A stretch of 60,816 bases of DNA from a virus (taxonomy: Duplodnaviria; Caudoviricetes). The notes beneath the pieces were generated by a model, which saw nothing but the letters and a program-made list of their open reading frames with translations, was not told where the DNA came from and ran no database searches. The position numbers and the translations under genes are program-made. Positions 7,387 to 16,928 of this stretch are shown in pieces. The stretch lies in the IMG/VR virus record IMGVR_UViG_3300020042_005302, positions 1 to 60,816 of that record. One strand, written 5' to 3'. Positions within the stretch are counted from its first letter, which is position 1; every line of letters starts with the position of its first letter.

Positions 7387-7907
7387 TGCCACTAAAAAAA
7401 CTGACACCTGAACAAACAGCATCAATACGGCATCAAGCAAATAATGGCGTAAGTGTATTAGCACTTGCAGCTAAATACAACATATCTACACAACACATAT
7501 ACAGAATCAAAAGCAACGAAAGACGAGATAGAAAGAAAAAACAAATGAGTACATATAACGGCTGGACAAATTACGCAACATGGTTATTTTATTTACATCA
7601 CCAAGAAAATGTAGAGCACTGGTATTACGATGAGCCAGCAAGCACACGCAAAGACCTTGATGAAACACATCTTCAAAATTATTTTGAAGAGATGTATAGC
7701 GAACTAATGCATGATGTTGCGAACACTTACATCACTGATGTTTTCAATAACGAGTTGCGTGATGTGAATTGGAGGGAGGTAATGAACACACTACCAAAAG
7801 ATAACGAATCGTCTGACGATGGATATGACGCCAACTGGACAGAAGAAGGCGCAATAACAAACTACCTAGATCATGTAGCAGAAAATAAAGAAAGAGAAAG
7901 AAACTAA
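7386..7907 (+). CDS. HTH domain fused to YNGWTNY-type acidic domain
   Basis: N-terminal GVSVLALAAKYNISTQHIYRI HTH; second domain begins MSTYNGWTNYATW. Confidence 0.65.
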   Translation: MPLKKLTPEQTASIRHQANNGVSVLALAAKYNISTQHIYRIKSNERRDRKKKQMSTYNGWTNYATWLFYLHHQENVEHWYYDEPASTRKDLDETHLQNYFEEMYSELMHDVANTYITDVFNNELRDVNWREVMNTLPKDNESSDDGYDANWTEEGAITNYLDHVAENKERERN

Positions 7908-8800
7908 TGACCGCACAAGAATACCTCGCTAAGTTTGGGCTGGATGCAAATCCGGCCCTTTTTACCAATGTACGTAACGGCAAAGACATGAAGCCAAAGT
8001 ACAACTCATACTGTATCTATGATGGAGTTAGTCAACTAGACAGACGATCTCGCATTATATGCGTCATATCTAACTGTGAGACCAACAATAATGACTGGAA
8101 CATCAAGACTGGTGACATGATCCAGTCTTACATCATCATGCGTAATGTGCATCCACAGGCTGCCATCGACAAGCTCCTTGATGGCTGTATCTGTGGTAAC
8201 TGCACACACCGCAAGCGACGTAAGCGCAACAATCGCACAGGCAAAATCAAAGATGTTCGTACGTGCTATGTCAATATCGGCAAGGGTACATCAGCTGTAT
8301 GGGAATCATTCCGAAAAGGCAACATACCAATTGTGTCCAGTACTGTTGCCTCTACCATTCAGGTAGTTGCTGGTAAGAAACTACGCATGGGTACATACGG
8401 TGACCCAGTTGCCGTACCATTCCCAATCTGGGGTGACATGCTACGCTATGAGCTTGGTCATACTGGCTATACACATCAATGGCGTATGCCAATAGCCAAG
8501 CCGTTTCGTGGTGTCCTTCAGGCATCATGTGACTCATATGTTGATCGATGGGAAGCCAAGGAAGCTGGCTGGGGCACATTCCTAGTCCGTCCACATGACG
8601 GCTACATTGACAAGCGTCACACAGCTTATGCTCGTGGCGCCAAACAATGCCCAAGTGATCCATTCATCAACGAGATGCGAGCAATGCGCAATATGCTACC
8701 AATGCATACCACATGCGACACTTGTCCTGCATCTCTACGCTGTGATGGCGATAGCGATATTGTCATCCGTGCCCACGGTTCAGCTGCGCTGTGGGTTTAA
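7907..8800 (+). CDS. Cys-rich putative Fe-S / radical-SAM-like protein (gp88-like phage family)
   Basis: CICGNC...CYV, LRMGTYGD, GYTHQW, ASCD, C-terminal CDTC..C and AHG. Confidence 0.6.
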   Translation: MTAQEYLAKFGLDANPALFTNVRNGKDMKPKYNSYCIYDGVSQLDRRSRIICVISNCETNNNDWNIKTGDMIQSYIIMRNVHPQAAIDKLLDGCICGNCTHRKRRKRNNRTGKIKDVRTCYVNIGKGTSAVWESFRKGNIPIVSSTVASTIQVVAGKKLRMGTYGDPVAVPFPIWGDMLRYELGHTGYTHQWRMPIAKPFRGVLQASCDSYVDRWEAKEAGWGTFLVRPHDGYIDKRHTAYARGAKQCPSDPFINEMRAMRNMLPMHTTCDTCPASLRCDGDSDIVIRAHGSAALWV

Positions 8801-8821
8801 TTAAACACAAGGTAAATAAAC

Positions 8822-9235
8822 ATGTTTTATTCAATATGCGAAGAAGACGAATGGTCCCAAGATTGTTGGGACCAAGCCGGTCACTACACAAAGGATGGCG
8901 AGTGTCACTCGCCATCTAACGGTGTGTACTTGGCCTACTACATAGCTCGACGTATCTTTGCAGACATCAGCGTTAGATATACAGACGAAGGTGTAAAGCG
9001 ATTCATTCAGGAAGAATGCGACAAAGGGAAATGCCGTGTTGATTCTGATGAGATTGATACATTCTGCAAAGCTATACAAGATGCGTATGATGCTGAGACC
9101 GTAGAAGAATTCAATGAGGCGCTATGGGATTTTGTTCATGATAGCGACTTCAGTGAGTGGAATGACATATTTTGTGGGAATGACCTTGCTTATGCATGCA
9201 AGTTAGAAGAACCAGAAGGGTGGCCAGTGCCATGA
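8822..9235 (+). CDS. Acidic hypothetical protein
   Basis: AAGGT RBS, 137 aa, D/E-rich. Confidence 0.75.
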   Translation: MFYSICEEDEWSQDCWDQAGHYTKDGECHSPSNGVYLAYYIARRIFADISVRYTDEGVKRFIQEECDKGKCRVDSDEIDTFCKAIQDAYDAETVEEFNEALWDFVHDSDFSEWNDIFCGNDLAYACKLEEPEGWPVP

Positions 9236-9525
9236 CAGTAGAAGAGATTGATGAAGACGAAAATAATTTCATGAATGAGTTGCGATGGCTGCGGGAGAAA
9301 TACCCGCAGTTCTACGTTGAAGCATGGGGTCCATATGACTTTGCACTGCAACTTAATAATGATGCATATATACATGGAGATGCACTTGCAGAGGCTGCAG
9401 CAGACAATTGGGATGAATGGGCAGGTGTAGTCGAAATATTACACGACACATTTGATGCTCATGTTGGTACAAACTGGGATCGCATACGCGGAGCAATAGA
9501 GGAGATTAAAAGAGATGCAAAATGA
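9232..9525 (+). CDS. Acidic hypothetical protein (start MTVEE)
   Basis: ATGA overlap. Confidence 0.7.
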   Translation: MTVEEIDEDENNFMNELRWLREKYPQFYVEAWGPYDFALQLNNDAYIHGDALAEAAADNWDEWAGVVEILHDTFDAHVGTNWDRIRGAIEEIKRDAK

Positions 9526-9844
9526 TTACACACCTGAACACATGACGTTCACCATTCAATCCATCAACACAGAGTGGTGGTACATGATGATGATGGACAT
9601 GATTCAGTACAACGATTGGGTCAAGAATGTGCGTACAGTTGAACATACAGATACAAACTGGGTGCTTGAGATTATTGATGATGAATGTGAAACACATCTC
9701 ATATCAGATCTAAACCTATTGGAACATTTACGTACGTGCTGGGCAAAAGGCGATCGTATGTTTGTAGAACCACAGAACATTGACTACGACTTTATTGACT
9801 GCATAGTACAAGAACTATGTTTTGGTGAGTTAGTTTACGGATAA
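9515..9844 (+). CDS. Acidic hypothetical protein
   Basis: AGGAG RBS; C-terminus D.IVQ..CFGELVYG. Confidence 0.75.
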   Translation: MQNDYTPEHMTFTIQSINTEWWYMMMMDMIQYNDWVKNVRTVEHTDTNWVLEIIDDECETHLISDLNLLEHLRTCWAKGDRMFVEPQNIDYDFIDCIVQELCFGELVYG

Positions 9845-9855
9845 GGAATAACACA

Positions 9856-10356
9856 ATGCCTAATTGGTGCGATAACACATTAACAGTATCTGGTGACAAT
9901 ATCGATGACGTGAAGAAATGGGTAGCAGAAAACACAAAGAAAAACGACTATGGAATTGACTGCGTAGACTTCAATGGCTCAGTGCCAATGCCAGACGAGG
10001 AAGATGGTAACGAATGGTACAAGTGGTCTATGACTAACTGGGGTACTAAGTGGAATGCTTGTTATTGTTGTGTGCTAGAAGGCAACGACAATGAAGCACG
10101 TTATAATTTTGACACCGCATGGGGGCCACCCGGTGCATGGTTCATTACTATGAGTGCTAAGTATCCCAAGCTTAACTTTGTAATGCACTATTCAGAACCG
10201 GGCATGTGTTTTGCTGGCACTATGTCTAGACAAGATGGCTACTTTGATGACGTGTATCGCGAAAACGAAGACATTACTGATGATGATAAAGAAAATATGG
10301 GCTGGACACTATGCGAGGCATGCGGTGGATGGGAGCAAGAATGCATGTGTGATTGA
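9856..10356 (+). CDS. DUF1281/YubB (Api92-like) ferredoxin-like fold protein
   Basis: MPNWCDN, NWGTKW, FDTAWGPP and EPGM.FAG signature motifs. Confidence 0.85.
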   Translation: MPNWCDNTLTVSGDNIDDVKKWVAENTKKNDYGIDCVDFNGSVPMPDEEDGNEWYKWSMTNWGTKWNACYCCVLEGNDNEARYNFDTAWGPPGAWFITMSAKYPKLNFVMHYSEPGMCFAGTMSRQDGYFDDVYRENEDITDDDKENMGWTLCEACGGWEQECMCD

Positions 10357-10372
10357 TTACCTACGGTATAAT
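10356..10372 (+). promoter_or_regulatory. Phage promoter/operator ATTACCTACGGTATAAT
   Basis: Perfect TATAAT; identical copies at 56903-56919 and 58839-58855 on - strand. Confidence 0.75.
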
Positions 10373-10393
10373 CAGTTACGTAATTAATCAATA

Positions 10394-10435
10394 TTTGTGG
10401 AGTCTGAATTACAGTTTAGGCTCCACAAACTTTTT
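10394..10435 (+). terminator. Intrinsic terminator-like hairpin
   Basis: TTTGTGGAG...CTCCACAAA stem followed by CTTTTT. Confidence 0.6.
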
Positions 10436-10448
10436 ACTAAGGAGATTC

Positions 10449-10856
10449 ATGTTAGAAGAATTATCAAATTTAGTTAACGCAATGTCTGTCACTAGCGAGT
10501 ACCGCAATGGATGGAAACAAATTGAAACAACCATCGCAACAAACGGTATTGTCACACTGAACTGGCCAAAGCTTAAGCTAAAGATCATTTCATTCAAGAT
10601 GCCTGTCAATTGGAATGGATCAACAGAGGATGCGGAGTCAATCGTTACAATTGATACTCTGTATTACACTGATAGCACAGAGTCGGAAATCGCGTGGCGC
10701 ACCAACAGTAATCATGTTCAGCATGATTGGGAAACACTGCAGCGAGTTCGTGTGTCAGATATCGTTGATCGATTTTTTGATGGCTCTTGGACACCACCAT
10801 GGAAATGTGGATTCTGTTCAAGCCGTCATGCTGGCAAATTGAAACCTAAGTTCTGA
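10449..10856 (+). CDS. Hypothetical protein (start MLEEL)
   Basis: AAGGAG RBS before ATG 10449; C-terminal CGFC...H. Confidence 0.7.
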   Translation: MLEELSNLVNAMSVTSEYRNGWKQIETTIATNGIVTLNWPKLKLKIISFKMPVNWNGSTEDAESIVTIDTLYYTDSTESEIAWRTNSNHVQHDWETLQRVRVSDIVDRFFDGSWTPPWKCGFCSSRHAGKLKPKF

Positions 10857-11464
10857 TGCCATTGCCAACATCCAGAGTTAATCGGCCCGTGCTCTACGAA
10901 CTAGAGTACGGGTCAGAGTCCTTGTATGTACGCAGTGGTGAGACAGCTGTTGCTATATACAAAGAATGGGTGGCACATGCCATCAGCGCAAAAGACACAT
11001 GTGACCTGACACTGTACGCTTTGTTGAGTCCAACACCATCAAAGGTTTACACTGTTACACAGATAACACTATTGCTAAATGGAGGATGGGAGTCAGCGAA
11101 AATGCAGCACTACTCAATACGTGATGGCGAGATAGTTGATGTTTACATTGGCAAACGCGCACACAGATATGAGTATGGTCATTACAAATATAGAAAAACA
11201 AGGAGGATGAACAAAGACTACGCAGAGGTTTTCACTCTGTTCTGTGCAGATAAAAACCTTGTAGAGATGTGTATAAGATCTCCTAACTACGGCATCTTTT
11301 ACGGTGCTCTTACATTGGAGAATCAAACAGATGAAATTCAAAGAATCAAAAAGTACTCACGGCAGCTATACAATTTGTGTAATAGGCGTGGCAGATATAT
11401 TGAATCCAAAGCCCCTCTACAAATGCGGGTGCGAAAGTTGCCAGCTGGCATACGGAATCAATAG
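10856..11464 (+). CDS. Hypothetical protein
   Basis: TGATG coupling, 202 aa. Confidence 0.7.
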   Translation: MPLPTSRVNRPVLYELEYGSESLYVRSGETAVAIYKEWVAHAISAKDTCDLTLYALLSPTPSKVYTVTQITLLLNGGWESAKMQHYSIRDGEIVDVYIGKRAHRYEYGHYKYRKTRRMNKDYAEVFTLFCADKNLVEMCIRSPNYGIFYGALTLENQTDEIQRIKKYSRQLYNLCNRRGRYIESKAPLQMRVRKLPAGIRNQ

Positions 11465-11521
11465 ATCAATAGCCGCACTTGCAAGTTTAGCGATAAAGGT
11501 CTTTGGGTATCTATTAATTAT

Positions 11522-11926
11522 ATGGCTGTACAACTAAGCGAGAAGGACTTGCAGAAGCAAGTCTTCACTGTGTTGACTAACCTTGGTTATCATGTTTTTG
11601 AAACAGGGAAAGCAAGATCACAACAAAAGTGCAAGGCATGTGGCGCCAAGCAATACGCAACAGGATGGCAGGGCAACTCACCCGGCCTTCCTGATTTGTA
11701 CATCCACTCTAAACAATGGCCACGTAGCGTAGCTATTGCCATTGAACTAAAGACAGAGAAAGGAGCAATAAGAGATACACAGAAAACAATTAATGAACTA
11801 GGATACACACACATTTGCAGATCGATAGGGTCTGTATTGAGAGCAATACTCACCATCGAGATGCACATGAACAACGAATCAAAGGTTGATCAACTTAAAA
11901 AGGTTATTGATATAAATGGATTTTGA
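11522..11926 (+). CDS. VRR-NUC family nuclease / Holliday junction resolvase with Zn knuckle
   Basis: SEKDLQ...GLPDL...IELKTEKG..Q PD-(D/E)xK motif; CKAC. Confidence 0.85.
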   Translation: MAVQLSEKDLQKQVFTVLTNLGYHVFETGKARSQQKCKACGAKQYATGWQGNSPGLPDLYIHSKQWPRSVAIAIELKTEKGAIRDTQKTINELGYTHICRSIGSVLRAILTIEMHMNNESKVDQLKKVIDINGF

Positions 11927-12581
11927 AGTTTGTAATTTAGAAAACGCTGACTATGTGTTCAAGCAGAATCATTGCGATACGTTTTACGTCGGTGTTGTTG
12001 AAGTCAATGAATCAGATCAATATGCTATTCTGACCAATGCTCACTGGAAGTATCTATTCATTGGTGACAGTGAGCAAGACATCATTGATGACATGGACAA
12101 GTACTCAATACCAATTGTCCCACAAACGTACATCAAGATACCTCTTGTACAGATCATGCGTACATGGCGCTCAGTTGTATACCGTGGGCACAGACTGTTA
12201 GTACTTGGCTGTAACGATGACATGGCAAGTTCCTTGCTTGCGTTTCCCAGTGGCCCCGTTTATCCATCTGTTCATCAAGGTGTTTTGTATGTACGCATGA
12301 TTCCCGGCGATGATTCGTCAATCTATCTGCATCAAGGGCATCCACTAATTGCTGGCTCTTATGATGATTTGGTTGCTCAAATTATACAGATCAGCCAAGA
12401 TGTAGCTCTTGGTATTTACAATGGTACACACGAGGTTGTTGGTAGCGACCTGTATAGGTTTTGGAAACGTCACAAAACCGCTATCTATTTCGATAATGTA
12501 TTAGACTTGGTAATCAGTATCAAGAACAGTGCAGCATATCGGGAAATGCAAATCCAGAAAGAGAAAGAAAAAAATGTTTAA
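11916..12581 (+). CDS. Hypothetical protein
   Basis: 221 aa ORF in operon. Confidence 0.7.
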   Translation: MDFEVCNLENADYVFKQNHCDTFYVGVVEVNESDQYAILTNAHWKYLFIGDSEQDIIDDMDKYSIPIVPQTYIKIPLVQIMRTWRSVVYRGHRLLVLGCNDDMASSLLAFPSGPVYPSVHQGVLYVRMIPGDDSSIYLHQGHPLIAGSYDDLVAQIIQISQDVALGIYNGTHEVVGSDLYRFWKRHKTAIYFDNVLDLVISIKNSAAYREMQIQKEKEKNV

Positions 12582-13155
12582 CCCACGAGACCACTTTATT
12601 AACCTCAAAGGCAAGCAATACTTGCCAGTCGCAGCTCGCATTGCTTGGTTTAGAGAAGACCATGTAGACTGGACGATTAATACATATCCTGTGCCCGATC
12701 TTTCGGGCACAGACTACTGTACCTTTGCTGCTGAAATCCTAGATGATGAAGGCAAACTAATTGCCAAGGCACACAAAACGGAACACGAGAAACACTTTGC
12801 TGACTATCGTGAGAAGGCAGAAACGGGCGCCATTGGGCGAGCACTGGCCTTGTGTGGGTATGGCACACTGTTCGCTCAAGAGTTAGAAGAACCTGTTACA
12901 CCAGCTGGCGATATGCGCATAGTAGACGCACCACAACCAACAAAGACAGTACTTACTCCGGGCAAACAGTTTGCTTATGAGTGCAGACGTATATGGGGTG
13001 CTTACATCACGCCAGCTGACATGAAGCGTGTGTTCTTTAAGTTAGCTGGACACAATGACACTAGTGACGCGAATCTAAAGTTGGTCATTGAAGTTCTCAT
13101 GGGATTCAACACACCGGAAGAAGCAGAGTCGGTGTTCTTGGCAGAGGAGGAGTAA
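12574..13155 (+). CDS. Single-strand annealing recombinase (Sak/Rad52-like)
   Basis: KGKQYLPVAARIAWF and EKAETGAIGRAL..CGYG motifs; adjacent to Gam-like gene. Confidence 0.65.
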   Translation: MFNPRDHFINLKGKQYLPVAARIAWFREDHVDWTINTYPVPDLSGTDYCTFAAEILDDEGKLIAKAHKTEHEKHFADYREKAETGAIGRALALCGYGTLFAQELEEPVTPAGDMRIVDAPQPTKTVLTPGKQFAYECRRIWGAYITPADMKRVFFKLAGHNDTSDANLKLVIEVLMGFNTPEEAESVFLAEEE

Positions 13156-13156
13156 G

Positions 13157-13717
13157 ATGGATCTAAGCAAGTTCGATATTATCGACGACAGTTATTATGA
13201 AATAGAAACCGGCGAGTACGCTGGTCCAGTTGGCGGTTGGCTTGGCGAGGAACTGGCATCAGAAGATCAAGTACTTCTCGCAATGCAAAAACTAATGCAA
13301 TACGAAACAGAACTTAAAGCTCAGCAACTTGCAATGCAATCTGTTGTAGAACGCTGTAAATCTATGGTCAAAGATAAAGAACGTAGAGTACAGTGGATTC
13401 AAGATAAGTATGGCGCACAGATTGCAGACTACGCTAAACAACAGCTCACCGGCAAATCCAAAACGTGGAAGTGTCCGTGGGGTCAAGTGTCTTGGCGCAC
13501 ATCATCGCCAACGTTTTCAATACTTGATGAAGAAAAAGCAGCGCTTGTCATTCCGCTATCGCTTGATGCAATCAAGATAGAAACTAAAGTTTACAAGAGC
13601 AAGATACCTAAAGAAGTGCAACTTACACTTGTTGATGAATATCCTGAGCTGTTCAGTATGACAGAACCTGTTGAAAACTTTAGCATAAAGTCATTGACAG
13701 CAACCGAGACTGAATAG
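13157..13717 (+). CDS. Mu Gam-like host-nuclease inhibitor / DNA end-binding protein
   Basis: Coiled coil then KSKTWKCPWGQVSWR; GGAGG RBS. Confidence 0.65.
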   Translation: MDLSKFDIIDDSYYEIETGEYAGPVGGWLGEELASEDQVLLAMQKLMQYETELKAQQLAMQSVVERCKSMVKDKERRVQWIQDKYGAQIADYAKQQLTGKSKTWKCPWGQVSWRTSSPTFSILDEEKAALVIPLSLDAIKIETKVYKSKIPKEVQLTLVDEYPELFSMTEPVENFSIKSLTATETE

Positions 13718-13771
13718 TAAGATTGACTGCTCCGTAAACTATATCAACACGGAGAAAACAACTACCAAATG

Positions 13772-13804
13772 AAGGACCACGGACATCAACACCGTGGTCC
13801 TTTT
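13772..13804 (+). terminator. Terminator/attenuator-like hairpin before replication genes
   Basis: AAGGACCACGG-ACATCAACA-CCGTGGTCCTT-TT. Confidence 0.6.
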
Positions 13805-13818
13805 ACTCCTAACAAGGA

Positions 13819-14424
13819 ATGAGAATGAGTGACCAATTAGTTTATATCAATAGCATTTCCAACTCTGTCAACATATCGGAAGTCGGAATGTCCTTTAGTA
13901 ATGATCTTGAATATGATGAATGGTATCGGTTGATGCAGACACTTGGGCGATTAGAGACTGCATTTCAATTTGCCATTGGAGACGCCCTCAATTATGGGAT
14001 GTCAAAGTATGGCGAGAAGTACTCAAATGCAATCGACGCTACAGGATTTGCGTATCAATCGCTGGCCAACTGGACATGGGTCAGTAAAAGCGTTCCACTT
14101 GACAATCGAGTCAGTGGATTAACGTGGTCTCACCACAGAGCTGTTGCAACGTGTTCGGCTTCTGAGCAACAATCACTTTTGTTGTCTGCAAAAGCACGTG
14201 GTATTAGTGCTTCCGATTTACTTGCTGAAGTACAAGGTGAACCAGAAGAGAAGAAGCAACCCAAAGCCGTATCTATTCCTCCGGGCTGGACAGTAGATGA
14301 TGCCAACAAAGCTTTGGAAATGATCAGTTCCTACAAAGATGGACTCAATGCGCTTTGCGACGCAATAGAAACTAAGACTGAAGCAGTGCAAAGATATTGC
14401 ACTGAATGCCCACACAATAACTAG
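13819..14424 (+). CDS. LmbU-like DNA-binding protein
   Basis: FAIGDALNYG..KYGEKY...QSLAN..WVS...R...LTWSHHRAVA pattern. Confidence 0.65.
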   Translation: MRMSDQLVYINSISNSVNISEVGMSFSNDLEYDEWYRLMQTLGRLETAFQFAIGDALNYGMSKYGEKYSNAIDATGFAYQSLANWTWVSKSVPLDNRVSGLTWSHHRAVATCSASEQQSLLLSAKARGISASDLLAEVQGEPEEKKQPKAVSIPPGWTVDDANKALEMISSYKDGLNALCDAIETKTEAVQRYCTECPHNN

Positions 14425-14433
14425 AGGTAAGAA

Positions 14434-15147
14434 ATGATTACTGTATTCAATGGCAAGTCGTTTGGCTTGTCAGGTGAGCGGTCGTCTGGCTTTGTTCAGA
14501 TTGACCGCCTTTTAGTAGACCACATCACATACTTTACGCCATCAGGGTTTGTTGTGTTCATGGCGATTGTCATGCACGTTGATAACGACGGGTACTGCTG
14601 GCCTAGCGTCAAGAGATTAGTTGAATGTACGGGGTTATCTGAGACAACTGTTAAGACTGCATTGCACTACTTGACGGGTATGAGAATAAACGACAAGCGT
14701 ATACTTGCAATCAATCCTAGAACTTCTCCAAGCGGGAGAACAACTAGTAATGGATACAAGTTGTTTCCTGATTCCATTGTCCATGACGGGGACCGCAATG
14801 TTGTGACCGCTGGCTCCACTAAGAAGGATCCAGCTAAGGAAGATGACCCGGCATACACACTCTACAAGTCGTTCAAGCAAGCCAGATATGGCTTTGATCC
14901 TGAAGCATCTATCACCGACAAGGAGTGGAAGGATGTGCGCTTAACTATCTGGCAGATGCACAAGGCTGGTGTAACACCAGAGCAAGTGGAGGAGAGAGTC
15001 AAAGTGCTTCTTGGGAAATGGAGAAATCAAGATATGATTACAGTCCGCTCATTATGGAAACACTGGGAGACACATGCTCGCCCACAGGTTCTGATAAATG
15101 GTTTACCAAAAATTATAGAAGGATGGTTCGATGACAACAACGGATAA
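14434..15147 (+). CDS. Replication initiator (winged HTH, lambda O/DnaD-like)
   Basis: GYCWPSVKRLVECTGLSETTVKTALHYL...SNGY; lies upstream of loader and DnaB. Confidence 0.75.
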   Translation: MITVFNGKSFGLSGERSSGFVQIDRLLVDHITYFTPSGFVVFMAIVMHVDNDGYCWPSVKRLVECTGLSETTVKTALHYLTGMRINDKRILAINPRTSPSGRTTSNGYKLFPDSIVHDGDRNVVTAGSTKKDPAKEDDPAYTLYKSFKQARYGFDPEASITDKEWKDVRLTIWQMHKAGVTPEQVEERVKVLLGKWRNQDMITVRSLWKHWETHARPQVLINGLPKIIEGWFDDNNG

Positions 15148-15565
15148 ATTATTGGCTGTGCTATCACAGCTTCCTAGTAGCATTCAGTGGAGTGACACGA
15201 GCGAAACTGTGTACCGTGTCGCTATTGCTGGTCTTAGTGACGAAGACATTAAGAATGGGGCCAAGCGAATCTTGATGCGGTCTAAGTTTCGCCCAACCCC
15301 ATCAGAAGTATTGTTGGCTATATCGATTACAAAGTACGGCGATTTTCCACCGCAATCAGTTACGCATGAAATTGCTGATGCTATACGCCTTGGCACTCCA
15401 TCGCACAAACTGCATCCGACTATTCAAATGGTTGTCGGAAAAACTGGTGGATTGAAAGCGTGGAGAGTTGAGCCACCAGTCAAAGGCCAGCAACTACAGG
15501 AAGTACTCAATGACGTTTTATTGATCAGGATAACGGAACACATAGATGAGCAACGCGCAGAATAG
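15131..15565 (+). CDS. Putative helicase loader/inhibitor (G39P / P-like)
   Basis: KFRPTPSEV motif; between initiator and DnaB. Confidence 0.6.
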   Translation: MTTTDKLLAVLSQLPSSIQWSDTSETVYRVAIAGLSDEDIKNGAKRILMRSKFRPTPSEVLLAISITKYGDFPPQSVTHEIADAIRLGTPSHKLHPTIQMVVGKTGGLKAWRVEPPVKGQQLQEVLNDVLLIRITEHIDEQRAE

Positions 15566-16928
15566 AAGCTTAGGCTTCAATATTGAAATCCCATCGGATG
15601 TTATGAGTGAGCAATCGCTCATAGCATCTGTTCTTCTTGGAGGTAACAGACTATTTAAGTCGCTTGGATACATCACTAAGTCAATGTTCTATCGTGTTTC
15701 ACACAGTATGATTTGGGAAGCCTACCAAGAGATTGATAATGCTAACAAAGAAATTGACATCGTTACTCTAAATGAAGAGCTGACAAAGCGTAATGCACTG
15801 GAGTCATGTGGTGGGCTTGGTTACATTATGCAGTGCGCTGAACTATTACCAACAACAAGTAACTACGAATCCTATGCACGACTTGTAACTGAATATCACA
15901 GGCGACGAGAGATTATCTTTGCTTCTGAGTATGCAAGTAAGCGAGCGTCAAATGGAGACGACGCTATAGAGTTAATCGTAACAGAATTAAATAACTCTGT
16001 TTCGTTTACTGATTCCGGAAACATAACAGAAGATTTATCTAAATTAATTTCTGACATTGCCACAACTGCAATGGCCAGAGAGTCAGATGAGATTGATAGC
16101 ACAATCACTAGTGGTTTTACAGAAGTTGACTTACTGACTGGAGGCTGGAGAGATGGAGAGCTTATCATTCTTGGTGGGCGTCCATCTATGGGTAAATCTA
16201 GTCTTGGCTTGCAGTATGCTTGGAACGCAGCGATGCAATTGCGAACAATGGATGAGAAGGTGGGAGTATTGATCGTTAGCGCAGAGATGTCTAAGTCCAT
16301 GGTCACAGCTCGCATGCTGAGCATACACAGTAAGGTGGATAGTCAGAAGATACAGTCACGGAAGTTGACATCGCACGAGAAAGACTTATTGTCTGAGGCA
16401 ATGCGTGTTGCCAAGACGTTGAACATACGGGTCATGGCGGATCAGACTGTAACCTTGCAGTCCATCAGAGAATCAATCAATGGTATGAGGAAGACGTGCA
16501 AGATAGGGCTGGTTGTCGTTGATTACCTACAGATGATTTCAATGCCATCTAATGTCAAGTCAGAGAACAGAACAAGAGACATTGGTGTTATCAGTCGTGG
16601 GCTAAAGGATATAACAAGAGAGTTTAATTGCCCTGTCATTGCATTATCCAGCCTGTCACGTGCAGTAGAGCAACGACAGGATAAACGACCAATGATGTCA
16701 GACCTTAGAGAGTCTGGCGATATCGAATCAGATGCAGATGTCATCCAGTTTATTTACAGGGCTGGTTATTACGAGAAGAAGGAAGCAGCTACTGCTGATG
16801 AATCAGCAGACAAAGCGGAAATCATTACTGCAAAGAATAGAAACGGGCGTACCGGGGTTTCGCTACTTGAGTTTGAACCACAGTACGCACGTTTCAATGA
16901 GTTTCATTTAGGGGCTTGGGACCTTTAG
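15546..16928 (+). CDS. dnaB: Replicative DNA helicase
   Basis: GGRPSMGKS Walker A, VVVDYLQM, LSRAVEQR.DKRPMMSDLRESG.IE.DAD, KNRNG. Confidence 0.97.
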   Translation: MSNAQNRSLGFNIEIPSDVMSEQSLIASVLLGGNRLFKSLGYITKSMFYRVSHSMIWEAYQEIDNANKEIDIVTLNEELTKRNALESCGGLGYIMQCAELLPTTSNYESYARLVTEYHRRREIIFASEYASKRASNGDDAIELIVTELNNSVSFTDSGNITEDLSKLISDIATTAMARESDEIDSTITSGFTEVDLLTGGWRDGELIILGGRPSMGKSSLGLQYAWNAAMQLRTMDEKVGVLIVSAEMSKSMVTARMLSIHSKVDSQKIQSRKLTSHEKDLLSEAMRVAKTLNIRVMADQTVTLQSIRESINGMRKTCKIGLVVVDYLQMISMPSNVKSENRTRDIGVISRGLKDITREFNCPVIALSSLSRAVEQRQDKRPMMSDLRESGDIESDADVIQFIYRAGYYEKKEAATADESADKAEIITAKNRNGRTGVSLLEFEPQYARFNEFHLGAWDL

